Shown here one piece after another: positions 1 to 7,102 of a DNA stretch of 19,801 nt. The notes under the pieces were generated by a model. It saw only the letters and a list, made by a program, of their open reading frames with translations, was not told the DNA's origin and did not search any database. Position 1 is the first letter of the stretch; each line of letters opens with the position of its first letter. Source of the DNA: Armatimonadota bacterium (GTDB lineage: Bacteria > Armatimonadota > Zipacnadia > Zipacnadales > UBA5352); assembly GCA_034722055.1 (NCBI GenBank), contig JAYENL010000292.1:1-19801 (forward strand), in the 5' to 3' direction. The position numbers and the translations under genes are program-made.

Positions 1-215
1 TGATGGTCGGGCTGGAAGCCCGTGAGACCGAAGGTCTCCAGTGGGCCGGGGTGGAACCTGCGCGGTCAGTTGCTACCGCTCCTGACCGCGCCCCGCTCGC
101 TTCGCTCGCGGCGGCCCCTCCATGGTAACAGCAGAGGCACCACCGCGACACTGGATAACACGCAAACTTCTGCCACTGGGCATTAGGAGGCCCACGCCCC
201 GCTCACCACTCCATT

Positions 216-389
216 CTGGGAAGCCGACGCCCTCGCGGGTCATCCTAACCTGAGAAGCCAGCGCCCTCGCCGGCTGGCTCGATTCTGGCAAGCCAGCGCC
301 CTCGCCGGGTCATCTCAACCTGGGAAGCCAGCGGCCTCGCCGACACATCTCATCTCTCATCTTGGGAAGCCGGCGCGCTCGCCGGCTTG
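216..389 (+). repeat. Tandem array of 5 REP-like tag+hairpin units, consensus CTGGGA-AGCCRGCG-CCCT-CGCCGGCT, period 34-42 bp
   Basis: Units start at 216, 250, 285, 320 and 362. Unit 5 has a perfect stem AAGCCGGCG-cgct-CGCCGGCTT. 213-281 and 282-350 form a ~69-bp higher-order duplication. Confidence 0.85.
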
Positions 390-479
390 TGGCGCGCAGC
401 GCCACTCCTTCTCTGGTGCACCCCTCCGAACGACGGGCGGGCGAGCCGCCCGCCCCAAACAAGAGTTGGGTGTACGGTC

Positions 480-565
480 CTGGGAACCCGCGCCCCCGCA
501 GACCATCCAATCCTCGGGAACCGGGGCCGTCCAGATCACTCGGTTCTGGGAAGCCGACAGCCACC
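480..565 (+). repeat. Three degenerate further units of the CTGGGAA repeat, 33-bp period
   Basis: ctgggaacccgcgcccccgc (480), ctcgggaaccgggg (513), ctgggaagccgacagcc (546). The last shares TTCTGGGAAGCCGAC with unit 1. Confidence 0.6.
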
Positions 566-596
566 ATCCATCCGGCCTTACCCCCGGCGCCCCACC

Positions 597-625
597 TTGA
601 AATGCCCGGCGCTATCGGTTACAAT
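597..625 (+). promoter_or_regulatory. sigma70-type promoter for the Re-citrate synthase-like gene
   Basis: TTGAAA (597-602), 17-bp spacer, TACAAT (620-625): near-consensus AT-rich boxes in GC-rich DNA. Confidence 0.8.
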
Positions 626-777
626 ACGGCCGTTCAGGAGTATCCGGCGAGGCATTCGCCTTCGGACATCGAACCCCACGCTGCAGTCTCAATCGGCACT
701 GTGATGAGCGTCCCGGGTGGGCGTCCGCACGCCCGGGACGCCTACAGGTATGGCACCCCGCTAAGGAGCTGTGTACC

Positions 778-2025
778 GTGCCAAAGATCCGAATCGTTGA
801 CGTGACCAACCGCGACGGCGAGCAGACCGCGCGGATCGTCCTGTCGAAGCTGCAGAAGACGATCCTCAACATCCTTCTCGACGACATGGGCATCTTCGGC
901 TCGGAGGTGGGCTTCCCTCTCAACCCGCACGAGTGGAACTACCTCAACTGCAATGTGGAGCTGACCCGGCTGGAGAGCAATGACGGGGAGCCGGTCATCG
1001 AGGACCTGAGGCTGGAGGGGTGGTCCCGGGCCGTCGCCGCCGATGTGGAGCAGGCGCTGGCGCACACGGAGCTGACTCATCTGAATCTGTCCATCTCCAC
1101 CTCCCAGCAGATGCTGGAGTGGAAGTTCCGCGGCAAGTTCAGCCAGGAGGACATCATCAACATGATGACCGACGCGGTGCATACCGCCCTGGAGGGCGGC
1201 TGCACCTCCGTCGGCGTCAACGCCGAGGACGCCTCCCGCACCGACATGGAGTTCCTCAAGGACTTCGGCCACGCCGGCAAGGAGGCCGGCGCCCAGATCC
1301 TGCGCTACTGCGATACGCTCGGCTACGACGACCCCTTCACCATCGCCGAGCGCATGGCCGAGATCGCCCGCGAGGTCCAGATGCCCCTGGAGACGCACTG
1401 CCACAACGACCTGGGGCTGGCGGTGGCGAACTCCGTGGCCGGCGCCGTCGCCACCTGCGATGAGGGCCAGGACGCCTACATCAACACCACCGTCAACGGC
1501 GTGGGCGAGCGCGCCGGCAACGCCGACCTGGTGGGCAGCATACTGGCCCTCAAGCACTCCTCGGGGCTGTCGAAGAAGGGGTACCTCGACGAGCGCATCG
1601 ACACCACCAAGGCCTACCGGCTGGCCCAGTACGTCGCCAACGCCTTCGGCCTGCCCATCCCCATCAACCAGGTCGGTGTGGGCGCCAACGCCTTCGCCCA
1701 CGAGTCCGGCATCCACGCCGACGGCGCACTTAAGGACCGCCACAACTACGAGCTCTACGCCTTCGAGGACCTCGGCCGCGGCCATGATGAGCTGGGCAAG
1801 ACCGGCCGCGAGATCCTCACCGGCCTGCACGGCGGCACCTCCGGCCTGGAGTACGTCTACTCACACATGGACCTGGCCTTCCGCGACCGCGACCACGCTC
1901 TGGAGATCCTGCAACTGGTGCAGTACGCCAACCTCGAGAACCAGTCCCCCCTCACTGAGGAGGAGCTGGAGTTCATCTACCACCACCCGCAGATCACCCG
2001 CAAGCTGCTGACCCTCACGCCATAG
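778..2025 (+). CDS. DRE-TIM metallolyase (homocitrate/isopropylmalate synthase family), most likely Dehalococcoides-type Re-citrate synthase
   Basis: GTG start with AAGGAG RBS. Motifs DVTNRDGEQ, NAEDASR, YCDTLG, HCHNDLG, NGVGERAGNAD, FAHESGIHADG. No C-terminal allosteric domain. C-terminus ...RKLLTLTP resembles the Dehalococcoides enzyme as I recall it. Confidence 0.85.
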   Translation: MPKIRIVDVTNRDGEQTARIVLSKLQKTILNILLDDMGIFGSEVGFPLNPHEWNYLNCNVELTRLESNDGEPVIEDLRLEGWSRAVAADVEQALAHTELTHLNLSISTSQQMLEWKFRGKFSQEDIINMMTDAVHTALEGGCTSVGVNAEDASRTDMEFLKDFGHAGKEAGAQILRYCDTLGYDDPFTIAERMAEIAREVQMPLETHCHNDLGLAVANSVAGAVATCDEGQDAYINTTVNGVGERAGNADLVGSILALKHSSGLSKKGYLDERIDTTKAYRLAQYVANAFGLPIPINQVGVGANAFAHESGIHADGALKDRHNYELYAFEDLGRGHDELGKTGREILTGLHGGTSGLEYVYSHMDLAFRDRDHALEILQLVQYANLENQSPLTEEELEFIYHHPQITRKLLTLTP

Positions 2026-2050
2026 CGGCCGGCACCGACAAGCGATCCAG

Positions 2051-2082
2051 CGCCCCTCCGCCGATAGCTGGAGGGGCGTTTC
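2051..2082 (+). terminator. Possible weak intrinsic terminator
   Basis: Stem CGCCCCTCC (2051-2059)/GGAGGGGCG (2070-2078) followed by only TTTC, just after the stop codon. Confidence 0.4.
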
Positions 2083-2228
2083 CACGTGCGGGGCAGGAGG
2101 CCGCGGCCCTCGCAGGGAAAGGGCCGCACCGCACGGCTCGCGACGCCTCCCTGGCGGCGCGACCGCCGCAGCCGTTCGCTGATGGACGGTAGCTGGCAGC
2201 CGGTAGCTTCCCGAAGGGAGCCAGACCA

Positions 2229-3293
2229 ATGCGCAAGGAGTCCCTGCAGTTCCTCAAGGACCTCATTGCCGCGCCGTCGCCGTCCGGCTTCGAGCAGCCC
2301 GCCCAGCGCGTGGTCCGCAGCCGGATGGCCGACCACGCGGACGAGATCCGCACTGACGTGCACGGCAACGTCATCTGCATCAGGAACCCCGACCACCCGC
2401 TGCGCGTGATGCTGGCGGGCCACTGCGACCAGATCGGCTTCATCGTGCGCCACATCAACGACGAGGGCTACATCTACTTCGCGGCCATCGGCGGCGCCGA
2501 TCCGCCCATCGTGGTGGGCTCCCGGGTGACCATCCACAGCGCGGACGGCCCGGTGCTGGGCGTGATCGGCCGCAAGCCCATCCACCTGCTGAGGGGCGAG
2601 GAGCGCACCAAGCCGAAGCTGGAGATCGAGAAGATGTTCATCGACATCGGCGCCGAGGACAAGGAGGCCGCCGAGAAGCTGGTCTCTATCGCCGACCCCA
2701 TCACCTTCCAGGCGGACTTCCAGGAGCTGGATCGCGACCTGCGCGTGGCCGCCGGCTTCGATGACAAGACCGGCACCTTCGTGGTGATGGAGGCGCTGCG
2801 GGTGCTGGCGAAGCGGGACATCGACTGCGGCCTCTACGCGGTCTCGACCGTGCAGGAGGAGGTGGGGCTGCGGGGAGCGCGCACGAGCTGCTACGGCATC
2901 GACCCCGCGGCCGGCATCGCCGTCGATGTCACCCACGCCTCCGACTACCCCGGCTGCGAGAAGACGCGGCAGGGCGACATCAAGATCGGCCAGGGCCCGG
3001 TCATCGTCCGCGGGCCCAACATCAACCCCGTCATCGGCGCCATGCTCCAGGACACCGCCGAGGAGAAGAATATCCCGTATGTCGTCCAGGCCGCGCCGCG
3101 CGGCACCGGCACCGACGCCAACATCATGCAGCTCACCCGCGAGGGCGTCGCCACAGGCCTGGTCAGCATCCCCAACCGCTACATGCACACGCCCGTGGAG
3201 ATCGTCTCTCTCTCCGACCTGGAGAACGCCGCCAAGCTCGTTGCCGAGACCGTCGCCAAGATCAACGAGGACGTGGACTTCACCCCCACGTAG
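2229..3293 (+). CDS. M42 family metallo-aminopeptidase (TET/FrvX-like)
   Basis: GHCDQIG, GFDDK, QEEVGLRGA, DVTHA, TGTDA, RYMHTPVE motifs; GGGAG RBS; 354 aa. Confidence 0.93.
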   Translation: MRKESLQFLKDLIAAPSPSGFEQPAQRVVRSRMADHADEIRTDVHGNVICIRNPDHPLRVMLAGHCDQIGFIVRHINDEGYIYFAAIGGADPPIVVGSRVTIHSADGPVLGVIGRKPIHLLRGEERTKPKLEIEKMFIDIGAEDKEAAEKLVSIADPITFQADFQELDRDLRVAAGFDDKTGTFVVMEALRVLAKRDIDCGLYAVSTVQEEVGLRGARTSCYGIDPAAGIAVDVTHASDYPGCEKTRQGDIKIGQGPVIVRGPNINPVIGAMLQDTAEEKNIPYVVQAAPRGTGTDANIMQLTREGVATGLVSIPNRYMHTPVEIVSLSDLENAAKLVAETVAKINEDVDFTPT

Positions 3294-3344
3294 CCCGCGG
3301 GCGGACCCCGATCCGCACACGCTCACGCGATGACTCAATCAGCA

Positions 3345-3373
3345 GCGGGGTCGGGACCGCGTCCCGGCCCCGC
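3345..3373. terminator. GC-rich hairpin downstream of the M42 gene (terminator or RNA stabiliser)
   Basis: GCGGGGTCGGGAC-cgc-GTCCCGGCCCCGC, 13-bp stem with one G-U pair; no U tract. Confidence 0.4.
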
Positions 3374-3722
3374 GCTCGTGTCCGGACCGGGCAGTCACTC
3401 AAAGGACGTGGGAAAGCCGTGCACAGGCGGTGCATAAGCGGCCCGCGCATGGTGCATCCACCTCAAGGCCGCCTGTGGACAGGCGCGGTATCTGCTGTTC
3501 ACCGGGAGTGGACCGGGCGTTGATTGGCGGTGGACTCCAGATGTGGGCGTATGTGACTTGAGCCCCCATTCGCTGTTGATATGCCGTGGAAACGCCGAAG
3601 GCACTCCGTGCACAGCCGGACGGAGTCCGGGCGGAACCTGCAGTAAAGGTAGTGGCCGCCTTCACAGCACCATGTTCCGCTCTCGATGGGGCGAGCGCCC
3701 CCGCTCCCCAGGGAAAAGCACC

Positions 3723-3745
3723 TCGACGAGGACGCTGGCTTCCCA
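3723..3745 (-). repeat. Dispersed copy of the CTGGGAAGCC REP-like unit
   Basis: Minus strand reads TGGGAAGCCAGCGTCCTCGTCGA, versus array unit 4 TGGGAAGCCAGCGGCCTCGCCGA (2 mismatches). Confidence 0.8.
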
Positions 3746-3811
3746 CCATTGAGCAGGGCGGCGAGAGCGCGTGTACTTCTGAGGATGCGGGAGCGGGCGA
3801 CGGCGCACGCT

Positions 3812-6436
3812 TCACAGGCTCAGGGGCTGGCGGCCCCAGACTGTCCAGAGCCGCCGCGGGCTGCGCCAGCGGGAGTGGTTGTCATGCCCCAGGTGGGCGT
3901 TGCCGGCGCGGATGGGGTAGCAGGCCTGGGCGTTGGTGGTCTCCAGGTAGCGCTCGAGCTGCTCCAGGTTCCCGAACAGCGGCATGGCCCAGCGGCGGTT
4001 GCCGCACCGGGCCATGAGCTCGGTCTCATAGGTCTCGATCCCGTCCACGCCCGCCTGCAGCAGCCCGCGAGCGCGGTGCAGGGCCACGATGGGCTGCGAG
4101 CGCCAGGTTGAGCCCATGCCCCCGATGACCGGTATGCCGTACTGCCGGCCCAGCTCCAGGTAGGGGCGCACGTCATGACTGCCGCGACCGCCCCAGATCT
4201 CCAGCGGGTCGAGCTGGAGCTGATCGACCAGGCCCTCCTCCAGCCACTGCCTGACGTCAAGCCCGGCGGCGAGGTTGTAGAACAGCCCCGAGGACGGGAT
4301 GCGCACGGCCACCGGTATCCGCCGGTCCTGCTGCTGCTCGATCTCCCCGAGACGCTGCTTCAGGTCGCGCAGCACCTGGGTGAAGAGGTCGGCCCGCCAG
4401 CGAATCCAGCGCTCGTACTGCTCGCCGTCGGTGGCGTCGGTCTCCAGCGGATTGACCCCGGTGTTCTCCTCGTACTCGGCGACCATCTCCGGGTGATACA
4501 GCAGCATCGGCACCTGCCGGCAGCAGCCAACCAGCAGTCCGTCGGCGCCCCTCTGTGCCACCTCCACGAGGATGTCCACGCGCTCCCTGCGGACCTCGGG
4601 GAAGTAGTAGCAGATCGCCGCCGATTCGCGGCGGGCCTGGTCCCCGCCTGGGTGGTACTTGCGCCACCGCCACCACTGGGGGTTGGACCTGAAGAACTCG
4701 GAGGCGAAGATGCCCCCGTAGGCGCTCCCGTAGTGCCGCTGCATCGCCAGCCACGGCCAGATCTGCACGCCAAGCTCGCTCCGAAGGCCGTAGACGGTCT
4801 GCAGCGGCCGATACTGGTTGATCATGGTGGCTCTGCCGCGGTAGCGATCGGCCCCCTCGAACGTCTTCCGGGCCTCGTCAAGAGGCACTGCCGGAAAGCG
4901 AGTGGTGTTCTCCAGGTCGCTGTGGTACTCGACCCACGATCTGCCCACCGACCAGGCGATGGTGCGCAGCCCGATCTCTGCCTGACCTGCGAGGATCGTC
5001 GCGAACTGGTCCGGCTGGAGTCTCACAGCTCCGTGGAAGTACTCGCACCAGTCGTTGACCGCATAGAGCGACACGGGCGGTCTGGAGGTAGCGCGGTAGA
5101 GCTCGCGGACGGACTCGGCAGTGACCGGCACGAAGCGGAGACGCTGCAGGCCCGTATCTGGCTCGCCGAGGTGATTGAAGGGATAGATGCTGACCGTTGC
5201 CTCCGTCATATCCGCCGCGCAGATGAATACCTCGGTGAAGGCGATGCCCAGCGACCGTATCACCTCGGACTCGCCGCCCTGGATCAGGCACCCGTTCTCG
5301 TATCCCTGCGCGAAGACCGCGTAATGACCCGACAGCGGCGGCTGCAGCTCCACCGGCTCAGTGGCCTGACTTCCGGGGGAGAGCAGGGCGATGCGGTCAC
5401 CGACCTCGGCGAACTCCCACCCGTCCGGAAGCCCGTCGGCCCACTGCTCGCAGGCCGAGCGCATGTCGTCGATCAACAGCTCATCTCTGTCGGGATCCCG
5501 GCGGAGCGCCCAGGGGGCGAGATGGCTGATCTGCACCGCGTTCGGGTCCGGCTCCCGCCGCCTGTAGGTGACCTCGGGGCCCTCCTCCCACACCTGCCCG
5601 TCAATGATGGGATACAGGGCCACCGTGTACTCGCCAGGGGGCCAGTCGGTGACATCGTGCTCCCTGCGGATCCACTCGCCGGGGGCATCGAGCCTGAGAT
5701 CTTCGTCAATGCGCACGTCGCCATCTGCGTCCCAGATCCGGAGGCGACAGCGCATGATCTCGACGACCGCACCCTCGTTGAGCCTGCACTCCACCACGAA
5801 GGCGTCGGGGTCGAGCATCACGGCATCAGACAGCTCCAGCCACAGCGGCGCGCTGACGCCGAAGCCGCCCCAGTAGACCACGCGGCGCTGATCGCCCGGC
5901 GTGAGGCGCTGCCCTCCGGCGGTGGCGGGATCGCGGGCCTCGGCGGTCTGCCACGCTCCCTGTGGATCATGCCGGGTGTGCGCCGGAACAGCGAGGTCCT
6001 GATAGAAGCGCAGCTCCGCGATCGGGTCACCGCCGTCAACCGGCCGGAGCGTGACCCGCAGCGTGTAGCCGCGCTGGTAGACCACGCCGGCCTCGTACTC
6101 GAAGACCGCCGGCTGCGTCATCGGCCCCAGAACGAACTCGGCCGAGCCGCCCGCGTCCACGGTGGCCTGCAGCGTCTGTGTCTGGTCGTCGGGCAGCGTC
6201 TTCTCGACGACGACCTCGAAGCGCGCGCCCCCCAACGCGTCCCGGTCAGGAGTCACGGTGAGCACGTTCTGTTGGCCAGGGAAGAAGAATAGCTCCTCCC
6301 CGGGTCCGGACCAGCTGAGGTCGTTAAGCTCGATCTGCATGGGGGCCTCCTGCTGGGCGGTCACGGGGACCCACATCCCTGCGATCAGGAGAATGACTGC
6401 GGCAAGCTGCCCACGAGTCGTCAGCCCGGTCTCCAT
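3812..6436 (-). CDS. Large secreted protein with C-terminal glycoside hydrolase-like 10 (GHL10/DUF187)-type TIM barrel
   Basis: ATG at 6436 with GAGGGA RBS (GTG at 6439 is an alternative). Signal peptide LAAVILLIAGMWVPVTA-QQ. C-terminal half has FFRSNPQW, YYFPEVRRERVDILVEVAQRGADG, GLDVRQWLEEGLVD, AGVDGI. Strong GC3 codon bias. Confidence 0.7.
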   Translation of the reverse strand: METGLTTRGQLAAVILLIAGMWVPVTAQQEAPMQIELNDLSWSGPGEELFFFPGQQNVLTVTPDRDALGGARFEVVVEKTLPDDQTQTLQATVDAGGSAEFVLGPMTQPAVFEYEAGVVYQRGYTLRVTLRPVDGGDPIAELRFYQDLAVPAHTRHDPQGAWQTAEARDPATAGGQRLTPGDQRRVVYWGGFGVSAPLWLELSDAVMLDPDAFVVECRLNEGAVVEIMRCRLRIWDADGDVRIDEDLRLDAPGEWIRREHDVTDWPPGEYTVALYPIIDGQVWEEGPEVTYRRREPDPNAVQISHLAPWALRRDPDRDELLIDDMRSACEQWADGLPDGWEFAEVGDRIALLSPGSQATEPVELQPPLSGHYAVFAQGYENGCLIQGGESEVIRSLGIAFTEVFICAADMTEATVSIYPFNHLGEPDTGLQRLRFVPVTAESVRELYRATSRPPVSLYAVNDWCEYFHGAVRLQPDQFATILAGQAEIGLRTIAWSVGRSWVEYHSDLENTTRFPAVPLDEARKTFEGADRYRGRATMINQYRPLQTVYGLRSELGVQIWPWLAMQRHYGSAYGGIFASEFFRSNPQWWRWRKYHPGGDQARRESAAICYYFPEVRRERVDILVEVAQRGADGLLVGCCRQVPMLLYHPEMVAEYEENTGVNPLETDATDGEQYERWIRWRADLFTQVLRDLKQRLGEIEQQQDRRIPVAVRIPSSGLFYNLAAGLDVRQWLEEGLVDQLQLDPLEIWGGRGSHDVRPYLELGRQYGIPVIGGMGSTWRSQPIVALHRARGLLQAGVDGIETYETELMARCGNRRWAMPLFGNLEQLERYLETTNAQACYPIRAGNAHLGHDNHSRWRSPRRLWTVWGRQPLSL

Positions 6437-6499
6437 CACAGCATCCCTCGCGATCGGGGCGGAGCACGCCAGCCATGGCCTGGTCGTGGCTGGAGCGCA

Positions 6500-6787
6500 T
6501 CACTTCTGCCTGGCGCGCTGCGCCTCCTTGACCTGGTGCAGGCCGCGGCGGATCAGCCCTCGGGTCAGCGTCTGATAGGGCATGTCAAGCTGCTCCGCCA
6601 GGGCCTTGACCTCCGCGATCAAACTCGGCTCGAGCCGCAGCGTCACACGCTTCTTCTTCTCCGGCTTGATGTCCCAGACGATATCCTCCACGGGCTCCCA
6701 CTCGTAGTCCTCAACCCTTGCGGTCTCCCAGAACTTGAGCTCTTCCTCCTCGGACTCGAAGTCGGGGAGATACTTCTTCTTCGCCAA
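6500..6787 (-). CDS. BrnA/CopG-family ribbon-helix-helix antitoxin
   Basis: TTG start with GAGGAGGTG RBS. LPDFESEEEELKFWET N-terminus and RVTLRLEPSLIAEVKALAEQLDMPYQTL RHH motif. Confidence 0.88.
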   Translation of the reverse strand: MAKKKYLPDFESEEEELKFWETARVEDYEWEPVEDIVWDIKPEKKKRVTLRLEPSLIAEVKALAEQLDMPYQTLTRGLIRRGLHQVKEAQRARQK

Positions 6788-6801
6788 TTCCGCTCACCTC
6801 C

Positions 6802-7046
6802 TCATTGCGCGTCATATGCCGTAACCACCCGTGCCACCGGACCTTCAGTGCGAAGACCACCACGAGCCGGCGTCCGCTTCCGGTCTGTCCCGTGACGAAG
6901 TAGCGCCTCTCCCCTCGGACAGTACGGGTCCGGAAGAACGGGAGGCCCTGTGCCAGCACCTCCTCGACCTCATACCATTCCACATTGTGCTTCTCCAGCA
7001 TGTGCCGCTTGGCGGCAGAGCTGGCCCACCAGTCTCGTATCCGCAT
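6802..7046 (-). pseudogene. BrnT/DUF4258-like RelE-fold toxin with a one-base frameshift near 6846
   Basis: Frame 1 gives HMLEKHNVEWYEVEEV...RYFVTGQTGSGRRLVVVFAL. The family-typical end EGPVARVVTAYDAQ* lies in another frame, with its TGA at 6804-6802 overlapping the antitoxin RBS. One added G (ctg[g]aa) restores an 81-aa ORF. Confidence 0.78.
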
Positions 7047-7058
7047 CTGGCACCCCTC

Positions 7059-7099
7059 AATCTACTGCTGTCATGACACGATGTCAATACATCGTGTCA
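7059..7099 (-). promoter_or_regulatory. TA operon promoter overlapped by a palindromic operator
   Basis: Minus strand TTGACA (7087-7082), 17 bp, TAGATT (7064-7059). Perfect inverted repeat TGACACGATGT-caat-ACATCGTGTCA (7074-7099) plus palindrome TGTCATGACA (7069-7078). Confidence 0.85.
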
Positions 7100-7102
7100 G
7101 CC

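Noticed and set aside
95..471. Integron attC site suggested by GCTCGCTTCGCTCGC and GTTGGGT
   Set aside because: No complementary RYYYAAC/GTTRRRY pair enclosing a long palindrome, and no cassette ORFs or integrase.
216..565. CRISPR array interpretation of the periodic repeats
   Set aside because: The period is only 33-42 bp with ~9-17-nt linkers, the repeats are degenerate, the linkers are themselves duplicated, and no cas genes are present.
751..765. TGGCAC as a sigma54 -24 box
   Set aside because: No TTGC -12 element at the required spacing, and a good sigma70 promoter lies upstream.
73..805. Short ORFs over the repeat region (73-291, 310-567, 357-539, 362-805, 387-704)
   Set aside because: No codon bias, RBS or recognisable domain; they overlap the repeats and a clear promoter.
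742..6292. Long antisense ORFs (742-1830, 1977-3338, 4175-6292) and similar ones elsewhere (6950-8299, 8385-9497, 10754-11887, 12725-14209, 18560-19633)
   Set aside because: Shadow frames of real genes, expected from high GC3 codon usage, with no family motifs.
6711..7046. 111-aa toxin ORF as given in the ORF track
   Set aside because: The C-terminal 44 aa are out-of-frame read-through overlapping the antitoxin; the conserved toxin end is in another frame.
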